NCBI GenBank assembly: GCA_964587045.1
Contig: CAZPJY010000008.1
Span: 1 to 54,378, forward strand
Reading direction: 5' to 3'
DNA: 54,378 nucleotides
From: an uncultured Methanosarcinales archaeon
GTDB lineage: Archaea; Nanobdellota; Nanobdellia; Woesearchaeales; CAZPJY01
Position 1 is the first letter of the stretch, and the number at the start of each line of letters is the position of its first letter. A model generated the notes under the pieces. It saw nothing but the letters and a program-made list of their open reading frames with translations. It was not told the origin of the DNA and did not search any database. Positions 1 through 9,430 of this stretch are shown piece by piece. The translations under genes and the position numbers were made by a program.

Positions 1-50
1 ATGGAGTACGCCGACGAGCTTTTCCCCTTTCCGATTCTTGAATTCGATTC

Positions 51-1139
51 TCATCTCAATCCCAGGTAGGCGGCTGCCCATATCATTGAGTCGTCGCAGT
101 AATATAAAAAGTTGTGGTAAGGCGTCCCGTCAGGCGAAAAGACCTCGAGGAAGTTCCTGTACTCCTCTATCCTCCACTTGTACCTTTTCAGGTACTCACC
201 GGCAAGCTTCTTGTCATGCTCCTTGACCGCGCTTATGAAGCATAGCCCCAGGTGCGCCCATATGCTGTCAGTCTCGTACCCGGGAGCGAGCTTCGACGCC
301 CAGTTCAGCCTGACCTTAGGCGCATCCCCGGACGAAACGTACCTCAGCGGGAACGGCGCGTCAAGGCCTTTCTCCTGTACGGACTTAAGGCAGGAAGAAA
401 ACATCTCTCCGTCGTCGAAGACCCCGCAGTAGAACGGGAATGTGTTCGCATCGCCTGCGACGTAGCCTTCCCTTGAGAGGTCGTCTTCGAAGAACGTCCC
501 GTTCCAGAAATGTTTCTTGATTAATCTTCGGTAGTCGAACTGCTTCAAGGGGTTGTGCAGGCCCAAGGTTTCGAGGTCTGAGGCGAGCATCCCGGCCATC
601 GAGTTGTTGTAGCAGGAGCTCTCCCTTATGGAATGGTCCTTCATGGAGGAGAACCTCCTCTTCCTGACTAGCCCGGTATCGCGGTCGATGGCGGTGTCGA
701 ACCAGCGCTGCGCCTCAGCGTCCAGGAAGTCCTGGTGGGCGGCAACGAGCTCCTCATCTCCCAGCATCCTCATCGCTCTTGCCAGGAAGGCCAGGCTGTC
801 GGGCGCGAAGGTGTAGACATCCATCGGCCTGCCGCTTGGGGATATGTTGGTAGTGACCCTGCCTGCCTTCCGGAACTTGGACAGAGCATAGTCGAGTGTG
901 GTGCGAACCCTCTCAGCACGGCCTTCCTTTATCAGGCCTTCTGCCGAGAGGCCGAAGTCCCGGCAGTAGAAGCCATTGAAGTGCCCTGCGCTGGTCTGGA
1001 AGAAAGTGCCGTTGTCGCACGCCCTGACGATCGCCCTGCAGATGGCGTCCGCGTCGCCGGGGTACTGACGCAGGCCTTCGCGCGCAACCCTGATCCGACG
1101 CCCCAGCATGCGGAGGCCCTCTCCAGTCAGGTCAATCAT
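51..1139 (-). CDS. Putative six-hairpin glycosidase ((alpha/alpha)6 glycoside hydrolase-like protein)
   Basis: 362 aa ORF; FYCRDF resembles the W-x-R-D motif of GH15/63/debranching-type enzymes; helical C-terminal region with YETDSIW and FLEVF; overlaps the stop of the upstream gene. Confidence 0.55.
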   Translation of the reverse strand: MIDLTGEGLRMLGRRIRVAREGLRQYPGDADAICRAIVRACDNGTFFQTSAGHFNGFYCRDFGLSAEGLIKEGRAERVRTTLDYALSKFRKAGRVTTNISPSGRPMDVYTFAPDSLAFLARAMRMLGDEELVAAHQDFLDAEAQRWFDTAIDRDTGLVRKRRFSSMKDHSIRESSCYNNSMAGMLASDLETLGLHNPLKQFDYRRLIKKHFWNGTFFEDDLSREGYVAGDANTFPFYCGVFDDGEMFSSCLKSVQEKGLDAPFPLRYVSSGDAPKVRLNWASKLAPGYETDSIWAHLGLCFISAVKEHDKKLAGEYLKRYKWRIEEYRNFLEVFSPDGTPYHNFLYYCDDSMIWAAAYLGLR

Positions 1140-2127
1140 TTTTCCGAATCATTCTCCAGGTGATTCCGACGTAGGAAAGGAAAGCCATCCCTACAAAAGT
1201 CCTTATCAGGTCCTTGGCTCGCACAAGGAGGGATAAAGCGACAGCGACCGAGCTCTGAATTCCGATTATCGCCATGATCGACAGCTGCGACAGCTCCAAG
1301 ATACCCAGAGCGGCGGGCACAGGCACGAGATAGGCAAATCCGACCCCGAAGAGGACGAGGAAGACAGTCGTCAGGCTCGCGTCTATCCCCACAAGGCTCA
1401 GCGCCGACTTGTACTCTATGAACATGAAGAACCAGAGCAGGACGGATATGAAGACGGCCTGGTAGAGGACCTTCCTGTGGTTGGCGAAGAACTCGAGGGT
1501 CACCTTTTCGGTGTGCTCGAAGTCCTCCTCATACTTCTGGAACATCTTGGTCTTGTGGATGTGGAGGCGCCTGACCCACTTCGAGATGAACAGGTGCCCG
1601 TGGGCAAGCCTCCTGTAGAACCTGATGATCAGGAATAGGGTGATGATTATTATGACCACCATCAGCACCATCATGTTTGACGGTATGGCTATGGTGATGA
1701 AGACAAGCAGCAGGCCAACTGCCGCGAAGAGGACGTTGGACACCACGTCGACCGACTTGTCGATGAGCACGGAAGACACCCCTACGGGTAGGGGGACGTT
1801 GTTCCTCTTGAGCATGTAGGCCCTCGACGCCTCGCCGCCAATGTGGGCGGTCGGCATGATGAAGTTGACCGAGTACGCGACGGTCTTGTACATGAAGAGA
1901 GTGATGAAAGAGACCCTTTGATCCTCTGCTCTCAGAATCAGCTTCCACCTGTAGACCAGGAGGCTTTGGATAAACACCACAGCCAGTATGTAGGATACGA
2001 GCGGGACTGTGGAGAAGTTGAGGAACTTGTAGAGCACGTCGAACACGTTTATGTTCGAGTATACAATAATCGAGGCCACGAGGCCGAAGAAGAGTGAGAT
2101 TATTGTTACGATAATTTCTTTTCGCAA
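1132..2127 (-). CDS. Lysylphosphatidylglycerol synthase TM-region / flippase-like (UPF0104) membrane protein
   Basis: About 8 hydrophobic segments; RW, NFIMPTAHIGGE and PVPAALGILE motifs; TTG start. Confidence 0.8.
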   Translation of the reverse strand: MRKEIIVTIISLFFGLVASIIVYSNINVFDVLYKFLNFSTVPLVSYILAVVFIQSLLVYRWKLILRAEDQRVSFITLFMYKTVAYSVNFIMPTAHIGGEASRAYMLKRNNVPLPVGVSSVLIDKSVDVVSNVLFAAVGLLLVFITIAIPSNMMVLMVVIIIITLFLIIRFYRRLAHGHLFISKWVRRLHIHKTKMFQKYEEDFEHTEKVTLEFFANHRKVLYQAVFISVLLWFFMFIEYKSALSLVGIDASLTTVFLVLFGVGFAYLVPVPAALGILELSQLSIMAIIGIQSSVAVALSLLVRAKDLIRTFVGMAFLSYVGITWRMIRKND

Positions 2128-2202
2128 CGAGCCCGGGGGGATTCGAACCCCCGACCTAGTGCTTAGGAGGCACTCGCGCTATCCAGGCTGCGCTACGGGC
2201 TC
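2128..2202 (-). tRNA. tRNA-Arg(CCT)
   Basis: Reverse complement GAGCCCGTAGCGCAGCCTGGATAGCGCGAGTGCCTCCTAAGCACTAGGTCGGGGGTTCGAATCCCCCCGGGCTCG folds as a cloverleaf; anticodon arm AGTGC-CT-CCT-AA-GCACT; no encoded CCA. Confidence 0.95.
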
Positions 2203-2320
2203 ACTCCGTCGAGAAGGGCATGAACATTTATTAATCTTTTCGTAATCTATTTAATAAAGCCAGTTAGTCTTCGCTTCCCCTCCGGAACTAATAAGTATCA
2301 ATCCCGCTTTCTTGAGTCCC

Positions 2321-3250
2321 ATGTACAGGATTAAGCAATCCCCGGAGGACTTCTGCGTTTTTGAGAGGATGGACCTCAAGCTCTCCGACGAGGGCAGGTA
2401 CATGGTAGCGCTCATGGAAAAGAAGGGCCTCACGACCGAGGAGGCGGTAAAGATCGTCGCCGGCAAGCTGGGGGTGAGGTCAAAGGATGTGGGGTACTGC
2501 GGCGCAAAGGACAAAGATGCGGTAACATCCCAGTACATATCGGTCAAGGGCGGCGGCATACCAAAGGATATGGGCCCGAACCTCAAGCTCACTCCACTCG
2601 GCCGTTCCGACTCGCCCCTCTTCATAGGCGCGCACCACTCCAACGAGTTCAGAATCGTCGTGAGGGGAGTCGATGGCCTGCCGGAGGCTGTGGCCCACGT
2701 GCCGAACTACTTCGACGACCAGCGCTTCTCAAGCATGAACGTGGAGGTGGGACTGGACCTGCTCAGGAGGGATTTTGCGGCCGCGAGCGAAAAGATTGGC
2801 CTGGTCCCGCAAGGGAACGACTTCTTGGCAGCCCTGCGGGCTGTGCCGATTAGAATACTCAGGATGTACATCCACTCGGTGCAGTCCAAGATATTCAACG
2901 AACTCTTGGCAGCAGAGATCAGGAGGCTTGACGGCGCTGTGGAGGTGCCGTACTCACAGGGCAGCATGGCGTTCGCAGATGTGGGCCCGGGCGACCTCCC
3001 GGATAGCATTCCTATCGTTGGTTTCGGCTCCGACGAAGTGCCAGGCGATTGCTCCCTCTCCCCGCGGGACTTCGTTTTCAGGGAGTACCCTCAGCTCTCG
3101 GCAGAAGGCGGGCGCAGGCCCAGCCTAGTCCAAGTGGAGGGGCTAAGGATCTCGAAGCGGGGATCCGACGCCGCGGAAGTGAGCTTCTCCCTTCCCAAAG
3201 GCAGCTATGCAACAGTGGTTATCAGGGCGCTCTGGGCAGGAAGGCCTTGA
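2321..3250 (+). CDS. truD: tRNA pseudouridine(13) synthase TruD
   Basis: IKQSPEDFCV, GAKDKDAVTSQ, NEFRI, PNYFDDQRFS and FSLPKGSYAT motifs; ATG at 2321. Confidence 0.92.
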   Translation: MYRIKQSPEDFCVFERMDLKLSDEGRYMVALMEKKGLTTEEAVKIVAGKLGVRSKDVGYCGAKDKDAVTSQYISVKGGGIPKDMGPNLKLTPLGRSDSPLFIGAHHSNEFRIVVRGVDGLPEAVAHVPNYFDDQRFSSMNVEVGLDLLRRDFAAASEKIGLVPQGNDFLAALRAVPIRILRMYIHSVQSKIFNELLAAEIRRLDGAVEVPYSQGSMAFADVGPGDLPDSIPIVGFGSDEVPGDCSLSPRDFVFREYPQLSAEGGRRPSLVQVEGLRISKRGSDAAEVSFSLPKGSYATVVIRALWAGRP

Positions 3251-4409
3251 CTGCCTTGTAGGTCAGAAGGAACGATTTCGGAAGCCGCTTCCTCTCCGTG
3301 CTCCTGAGCATGCCAAAAAGCCTCGCAATCCTCCAGAAAGCGACAGCACGGGGAGGCATCCACTCGTCGCTGAGCATCCTATGCAGCTCGTCATCGCTGG
3401 GCCCTGAGAAGACACCCCCAAGCGCGCCGTACTTGTACCCAAGGGCTATGATGTCACGGAACTGGATGCCGAAGCGCAGGGCCTTTCCGTACTCCTTCTT
3501 CCAGCGCCGCTGGTACCTCTCTAAGAATCCCGAATCGGCCCTCCCATGTTCCAGGGCTTCGAGTGCGGTCTGGCCTGCGATGCTCCCTCCTTTCAGGGCG
3601 AAATAGATACCCTCGCCGGTTCCGGCTATGACATGGTTGGCTGCGTTCCCGCAGACCATCACCCGGTCAGAGTACGATTTAATCGGTGCCGCAGCAGGCA
3701 CTATGCCCGAGTACTGACTGACCTTTTCAGCGTCGCCGAGATGCTCCTTTACGTGCTGCTCCAGAAGCGACATGAGATTGAGACCTCTCGTCCTCCTGAC
3801 GAAACCGCCAATCCCCGCGTTGACCAAATTTGTACTTTTCGGGAAGATCCAGAAGTACCCCTTGTTCTTCTCGTCGAAGACGTAGGTGAAGGTATTGGGA
3901 TCGGCATTCTTGCATCGGTATATGCCGCCCACGCATGCGAGGATGAAGGGGTCCTGATCCATGAGGCCGAGCCTCTCCTGGATGGCGTAGTGCGCACCGT
4001 GGGCGAGGATTACGAGCTTGGCCTGGTAGGTGCCTTTGTCAGTCATGACTTTTGCTGAATCCCGCAAGACCGAGACGTCCCTTACGCTTTCGCCCAGCCT
4101 CAGGGCACCCTTGATGGGCTCAGCGAGCCACTTCTCGAAACTGGGCCTGTCCAGCTCCAGCATGGGCATCCCAAACTCCCTAATAAGCGGGCCGTAGATG
4201 ATCCTATGCCTCGTCGGGCGGTTCTTGACGAATGGGAAATTCGTCCTTCCGAATATCTCCTGGAACTTATGCGCGGCTATGCCCTCGCCGCACCTGAGGG
4301 GCAGGCCTATCTCCTTCTTTGGGTCGATGATCAGGATATTCTTGCTTTTTAGCGCCCTTGCGGCCATCAGCCCGGCCGGCCCAGCGCCCGCGATTATTGC
4401 ATCATACAT
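3222..4409 (-). CDS. Geranylgeranyl reductase family FAD-dependent oxidoreductase
   Basis: True start MYDAIIAGAGPAG at 4409; PLRCGEG, GYFWIFPK and GNAA...GEGI motifs; overlaps the adk stop. Confidence 0.85.
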   Translation of the reverse strand: MYDAIIAGAGPAGLMAARALKSKNILIIDPKKEIGLPLRCGEGIAAHKFQEIFGRTNFPFVKNRPTRHRIIYGPLIREFGMPMLELDRPSFEKWLAEPIKGALRLGESVRDVSVLRDSAKVMTDKGTYQAKLVILAHGAHYAIQERLGLMDQDPFILACVGGIYRCKNADPNTFTYVFDEKNKGYFWIFPKSTNLVNAGIGGFVRRTRGLNLMSLLEQHVKEHLGDAEKVSQYSGIVPAAAPIKSYSDRVMVCGNAANHVIAGTGEGIYFALKGGSIAGQTALEALEHGRADSGFLERYQRRWKKEYGKALRFGIQFRDIIALGYKYGALGGVFSGPSDDELHRMLSDEWMPPRAVAFWRIARLFGMLRSTERKRLPKSFLLTYKAVKAFLPRAP

Positions 4410-5025
4410 CAAGGCTCGCCATGATACGCTCGAAAACCTTGTCAGGCGGGTCGCTGGCGTCGAAGGTCTGGACCACTCCCTTCTCCCTGTAGAACTCGAT
4501 GACAGGCTCAGACTGCCTCTTATAGACCTCAAGCCGCTTCTTGACTGAGTCCTCGTTGTCGTCGTCCCTCTGGATGAGCTTCCCTCCGCATTTGTCGCAA
4601 ACCCCTTCGGACTTCGGCGGCATGAAGAGGAGGTTGAAGTTCGCCTTGCATTTGGAGCACACCCTCCTGTTGACCAGGCGCTTGATGATGAGGTCCTCAG
4701 GGGCGTCAAGGTGGATCACCTTCTCTGTCGGGGCTATCTCTTCCTCCAGGAAGCGGGCCTGGATCATGTTTCTGGGGTAGCCGTCCAGTATGTAGCTGTC
4801 GAGTCCTGCGACTGATTCCTTGACCATGCTGTTGGTGATGTCGTCGGGCACGAGCTTGCCCTCTATAATGAGCTTGTCCGCCATCTTCCCCAGCTCGGTC
4901 TGGCGCTTGATGTGGTCCCTGAAGATGTCGCCTGTGGAGATGCGCTTTATCTTGAGCTTCTCTGCTATGCGTGCCCCTTGCGTCCCCTTGCCCGAGCCTG
5001 GAGGTCCGAAGATTATGAGTTTCAT
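4402..5025 (-). CDS. adk: Adenylate kinase (bacterial-type, Zn-binding LID)
   Basis: MKLIIFGPPGSGKGT, ISTGDIFR, LDGYPR, CSKC...CDKC, QRDDD. Confidence 0.95.
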   Translation of the reverse strand: MKLIIFGPPGSGKGTQGARIAEKLKIKRISTGDIFRDHIKRQTELGKMADKLIIEGKLVPDDITNSMVKESVAGLDSYILDGYPRNMIQARFLEEEIAPTEKVIHLDAPEDLIIKRLVNRRVCSKCKANFNLLFMPPKSEGVCDKCGGKLIQRDDDNEDSVKKRLEVYKRQSEPVIEFYREKGVVQTFDASDPPDKVFERIMASLDV

Positions 5026-5029
5026 GGTA

Positions 5030-5485
5030 TCACCCGAAGTACAGGGGGCTGTCGTCTGCGAGTGCATCCTTTGACCAGCAACCCTGCAGTTCTTCAAGAG
5101 TCCTCCTGAGCACAGGAAGCATCTTAGAGAATCTGCTGAATGAGTCCTTGATGAACTCTGCATCGTCCTCTTCCGTTGAGTCCAGCTCAAGGAGGTGCGA
5201 ATTGCGGATGAGCCCCATCATGCTCCTGTAGGTGTCGTAAAGCTCCTTTTTGTCCTCGAGGAGCTTGTACTCATGCAGGGATGAGAGGCTCTCGTTTGGC
5301 TGGAGAACGCCTTCGATGATTTTTGCGAAGAAGTCGAGTTTATCTGTCATCCGATGCCTCACCGACCTGAGCAGCGCGTCGTAGTTGTCGATGCTGACTA
5401 GGTCGAAGTGCCTGTCTAGCTCGCTGAACTCAGGCAGACCGTACTTCCCCCTCTTCTGTTTGAATATGTCAAGAAGATCTGACAT
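5030..5485 (-). CDS. Hypothetical protein (151 aa, helical)
   Basis: Clean ORF ending 4 nt before the adk start; protein-like composition. Confidence 0.75.
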   Translation of the reverse strand: MSDLLDIFKQKRGKYGLPEFSELDRHFDLVSIDNYDALLRSVRHRMTDKLDFFAKIIEGVLQPNESLSSLHEYKLLEDKKELYDTYRSMMGLIRNSHLLELDSTEEDDAEFIKDSFSRFSKMLPVLRRTLEELQGCWSKDALADDSPLYFG

Positions 5486-5535
5486 GGGCTGTGGAACGCC
5501 TGATGTTCTTATTAAGGTTTCGCTTCAACGCATGC

Positions 5536-5673
5536 TTATTCTTTTTCTTCAGGGTCGTACTCGATCACGAGCGTGCCTATGTAGTCGCAGTTCTTGCACT
5601 CGTAAAGACCAGAGATGCCTCCGGCGTGCTGGATCAGCGTCGGCTTCTTACAATTGGGGCAGAGCATCACCAT
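5536..5673 (-). CDS. Small Zn-ribbon protein (45 aa; not in ORF track)
   Basis: Translated by hand: MVMLCPNCKKPTLIQHAGGISGLYECKNCDYIGTLVIEYDPEEKE; two CxxC pairs; alternative ATG at 5667 overlaps the upstream stop (TGATG). Confidence 0.8.
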   Translation of the reverse strand: MVMLCPNCKKPTLIQHAGGISGLYECKNCDYIGTLVIEYDPEEKE

Positions 5674-6200
5674 TTGGCATCGAGCTCCTCAAGGCTTGAG
5701 AAATATTGTATGTCCCTTATCTGGTCATGGAACGACTTGGGCAGGCGTTGGCTGATGCAGCGCTCGTCTATGAACCAGCGGATGTCCTTTTTAGCATACT
5801 TCTGGTGGTACTTGATGAAGCCCCCTTCGATCAGCACCCCTGGCGAGAATCCGATGCTGATCACCGCGTTTGCCTGCTTGGTTAGTTCGGCGTTGAGCTT
5901 GTACCAGTCACCCCCTATAGGCCGGACGTCGAACTTGGGGAAGTTGGGCTTGAGATGCTCGTAGCCGTAGAACTTGTCCTGGTCTGGATAGTAGGCGATC
6001 GCCTTTCTTCCCTTGAGCTCACCGAACCTGACCGCTATGTCTGTGTATACGCCGTCGTCGGGCGTGACTATCACGTTTTCGAAGTTCTTGGCGAGGTATC
6101 TTGCGTATTCCTCTACGAAGGATTCGTAATCCTTCTCCTTGAGTTTCCCGTCCTTCCAGAGAAGGGAACGGTCCGAGACGCCTATCAAAACTACATCCAT
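5667..6200 (-). CDS. Hypothetical protein, possible SLOG/LOG-like Rossmann fold
   Basis: VVLIGVS, VIVTPDDGV and NAELTKQANAVISIGFSPGVLIE resemble the SLOG pattern (GxxxGTLxE). Confidence 0.5.
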   Translation of the reverse strand: MDVVLIGVSDRSLLWKDGKLKEKDYESFVEEYARYLAKNFENVIVTPDDGVYTDIAVRFGELKGRKAIAYYPDQDKFYGYEHLKPNFPKFDVRPIGGDWYKLNAELTKQANAVISIGFSPGVLIEGGFIKYHQKYAKKDIRWFIDERCISQRLPKSFHDQIRDIQYFSSLEELDAKW

Positions 6201-6294
6201 AATGGTTGGTATTTAGGGGGGAAATAAGAATCTTGTGATATGTGATGCTCATAGGAGGATACACTTATAAATAGGGCTTTTTTTCTGGGGCGGG

Positions 6295-7023
6295 ATGGCG
6301 ATAAAGCTCATAACACTCAACATCGAAGCAAGCAAGCATTTAGATAGAGTGGTGGAGTTCATCAAGGACGAGAAACCCGACGTCGTCTGCCTTCAGGAGG
6401 CGTTCCGAAGGGATGTAAACACGCTTAGTGATATTCTTGGTATGGACAAGGACTTCGGACCCATGGTGTATGTTACGGAGGAGCCCCAATACGGCGACGA
6501 CCTGGTGCCGGACGTCATCGGCGTTGCGATGCTCAGCAGAGTCGATCATTATGTAGCTGTGAGCGAGTACTATATGGGAGAAGGGAAGGTGCCACTCTAC
6601 GTAGGAGGGGAACAGGTTGATCGGGTTTTGACTCATGCGAGATTCAAGAAGGATGGGGATGAGGTGAGGATTGCAACGACCCATTTCGAATGGACCCCTA
6701 AAGGCGTGCCGACCCCGCGGCAGTATCAGGCCTTTGACAACCTTGAAAGGATTACTTCCCAGTATGCTGACCTGATCCTTTGCGGGGATTTCAACGCAGC
6801 GCGCGGCGAGGAGATGTTCACAAAGTTTCTCAAGGATTTCACAGACAACCTACCACCAGAAGTGGAGACTACTCTCGATCCTAAGTTCTTCAAGAAGCCG
6901 CATCTCCGGTTGGTGGTTGACACGATTTTCTCGAAAGGGAAGTATAGGGCAGACAACGTGCGCACCGTTGACGGTGTGAGCGACCACATGGCGGTTGTGG
7001 GCGAGGTCTACTCAATCACGTAA
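6295..7023 (+). CDS. Endonuclease/exonuclease/phosphatase (EEP) family protein
   Basis: TLNI, DVVCLQE, TTH, LCGDFN, VDTIF and SDH motifs. Confidence 0.9.
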   Translation: MAIKLITLNIEASKHLDRVVEFIKDEKPDVVCLQEAFRRDVNTLSDILGMDKDFGPMVYVTEEPQYGDDLVPDVIGVAMLSRVDHYVAVSEYYMGEGKVPLYVGGEQVDRVLTHARFKKDGDEVRIATTHFEWTPKGVPTPRQYQAFDNLERITSQYADLILCGDFNAARGEEMFTKFLKDFTDNLPPEVETTLDPKFFKKPHLRLVVDTIFSKGKYRADNVRTVDGVSDHMAVVGEVYSIT

Positions 7024-7261
7024 CAATAATTCTGTTTAGGTCCAAATTCAGTAAAACTGCACAACACCGGATATTATTGAGATAATACTAAAAAATCACT
7101 ACTCTTTCTCAGTTAATAAAGAAATTATATCGATAAAGGTCAGTTACGGGGCATTTAACCACATATTTTTACTACTATTAAGTAGATTGAAATCAATAGA
7201 TTTAAGAATAGCACATTTCTTCCCGTATTCCTAATCTCTAAACTGTGTGAGGTGTGAATGT

Positions 7262-8359
7262 ATGAAAAAAAATTGGAGAGAGACCACAGAAAGGGGCAGT
7301 GATGAATGGATTGTCCGTAATTTCTGGGAGAAAAACGGGAAATGGTTTAAATGGGGTGGTGGCGGATTAGTCGCCCTCATCACTGGGCTTTCGAGCTTCT
7401 ATACCATCTCCAACGATAGTGTTGGAATCGTCACGACATTCGGACGCTACACAAAGACCGCCGGACCTGGGCTTAATTTCAAGCTTCCCTACGTCCAAAG
7501 CGTTGAAAAAGTCCAAAACCAGGCCATATTCTCCGAAGCGTTCGGCTTCCGCACCCTGAAGGCAGGCGTCAAGACTGAGTACATCGACAACGAGGCTATC
7601 AAGAGTGGCAAGGTAGGCAAAGGCGACCTCTATGACATCATAGATACAGAAGGGCTGAAGCACGTAGGGGATGTGGAAGAGCAGGCGATGGATGTGCTCA
7701 GGGACGAATACCGAATGCTTTCTGGTGACCTGAACATGGCCGATGTCGAATGGGTAGTCCAGTACAAAATCAAGGATCCCGTCGCGTACAAGTTCAACGT
7801 CAAGAACCCAGAGAAAATACTAAGGGACGTATCAGAGGCTTCTATGAGGATTGTTGCGGGTGACGCGAGCATCGACGAAATAATCACCACAGGCAAGTCC
7901 CAAATCGAATTTGAGGTAAAGAAGCGCCTCCAGGACAAGCTTGACTCATACGGTTCAGGACTCGAGGTCACCATGGTACAGCTGCAGTCCCTGAACCCAC
8001 CTGAGAACGTGAGGAACTCCTTCAACGAGGTCAACGAGGCCATACAAGAGAGGTCTGCCAAGATTAACAACGCACAGGAGCTCTACAACAAGGAGATACC
8101 AAAGGCGAAAGGTGAGGCAAAACGCCTCATAGAAGAGGCAGAGGGTTATGCGACCGAGCGCGTCAACAAGGCAAAAGGAGATGTCGCCAGGTTCAAGGAG
8201 ATCTACGCGGAGTACAGGAAGGAGCCCGAGATCACGAGGAAGCGTATGTTCCTCGAGGCGCTGCCTGAGATCCTCAAGAACACCGACAAGATAATCTACA
8301 CTGAGGATGAGACCGGACTCCTGCTAAAGCAGCTTAACCTGGGGGGTGAGTCAAAATGA
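7262..8359 (+). CDS. hflK: HflK-like SPFH protein
   Basis: N-terminal TM; PGLNFKLPY, MLSGDLNMADVEWVVQYKIKDP, IPKAKGEA, AKGDVARF, PEITRKRMFLE; GAGGTG RBS upstream. Confidence 0.9.
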   Translation: MKKNWRETTERGSDEWIVRNFWEKNGKWFKWGGGGLVALITGLSSFYTISNDSVGIVTTFGRYTKTAGPGLNFKLPYVQSVEKVQNQAIFSEAFGFRTLKAGVKTEYIDNEAIKSGKVGKGDLYDIIDTEGLKHVGDVEEQAMDVLRDEYRMLSGDLNMADVEWVVQYKIKDPVAYKFNVKNPEKILRDVSEASMRIVAGDASIDEIITTGKSQIEFEVKKRLQDKLDSYGSGLEVTMVQLQSLNPPENVRNSFNEVNEAIQERSAKINNAQELYNKEIPKAKGEAKRLIEEAEGYATERVNKAKGDVARFKEIYAEYRKEPEITRKRMFLEALPEILKNTDKIIYTEDETGLLLKQLNLGGESK

Positions 8360-9408
8360 AATCGCTGACCAAATGGATCACAGGAGGCATATTGAGCTTT
8401 GCGGCGCTGATCACCTTCAATTCAAGCTACTACACTTTGGATCAGCATGAGCAGGCAGTCGTTACCCAGTTCGGAAAGCCGGTGAAGGTCGTGCTAAACC
8501 CGATATCAAACAATCCGGCTGAGAAGGACGCGCTGGTTGACCACATCGAGAAGGACATCAAGGCGTACACCACCAAGGGCAGTCTCCTCAATCCGGAGAT
8601 CGATGCGTCAGGAGCAGGCTGGAAATGGAAGGTGCCTTTCATCCAGGATGTCAACACATTCGACAGGCGCCTGCAGGAATGGGACGGATTCCCAGAGGAG
8701 ATCCCAACCAAGGACAAGGTGTACCTGCATTTCGACCCGACTGCGCGATGGAGGATTACCAACCCATACATCTTCTTCAACACCCTGCAGGGTCTCGAGA
8801 GCAATGCGCTGGCGAAGCTCGACGACATCATCGACGGCGTGCTTAGGGAAGAGGTAAGCAACCGGAACGCGATCGAGAGCATCAGGACCAGCAACCGGAA
8901 GATGTCGGTCAACGACCCCGAGCTCGAGGAGACCGTGAAGGTCGAACAGATCGCCGAGGGCCGCGACAAGCTGGTGCACTACATCACCGAACAGGTCAAC
9001 AAGAAGTGCGAGCAGTTCGGCATCGCTGTCGAGGACTTCATGATCAAGAGGCTGGTCTACGTCGACAGGGTAAAAGAGAAGGTCGAGCAGCGCATGATAT
9101 CCGAGCGAAAGCGGATCTCTGAGAGGTACAGGTCGGAGGGCGAGGGCGAGTACTCCCGCATCCAGGGCGAAAAAGAGCGCGAGCTAAAGAGGATAAGGTC
9201 CGAAGCTTACAGGACCGCAGAGGAGATCAAGGGCAAAGCTGACCGCCAGGCTGTCAAGATATATGCCGACGGCTACAAGACCGACCCGGAGTTCTACTCC
9301 TTCATGCAGTCTCTCGAGAAGCTCAAGGACGCTAAGAACTCGACGCTCATCGTCGGTCCGGACAACGAGCTCTTTAAGTACCTGTACAAGGGAGACAGGA
9401 AGAGATAA
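8356..9408 (+). CDS. hflC: HflC-like SPFH protein
   Basis: QAVVTQFGKP, WKVPFIQ, WDGFPEEIPTKDK, RMISER, RSEGEG, DPEFYSF; ATGA overlap with hflK. Confidence 0.9.
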   Translation: MKSLTKWITGGILSFAALITFNSSYYTLDQHEQAVVTQFGKPVKVVLNPISNNPAEKDALVDHIEKDIKAYTTKGSLLNPEIDASGAGWKWKVPFIQDVNTFDRRLQEWDGFPEEIPTKDKVYLHFDPTARWRITNPYIFFNTLQGLESNALAKLDDIIDGVLREEVSNRNAIESIRTSNRKMSVNDPELEETVKVEQIAEGRDKLVHYITEQVNKKCEQFGIAVEDFMIKRLVYVDRVKEKVEQRMISERKRISERYRSEGEGEYSRIQGEKERELKRIRSEAYRTAEEIKGKADRQAVKIYADGYKTDPEFYSFMQSLEKLKDAKNSTLIVGPDNELFKYLYKGDRKR

Positions 9409-9430
9409 ATTTTTTTCTCTTTTTCTTAAA

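Noticed and set aside
1..69. Plus-strand frame MEYADELFPFPILEFDSHLNPR*
   Set aside because: May be the 3' end of a gene outside the window, but too short to support
4410..4709. N-terminal extension of the GGR ORF (similar extensions on adk, trpS, the PHP gene and the methyltransferase)
   Set aside because: ORF-caller extensions overlapping neighbouring genes; family motifs begin at the downstream ATG
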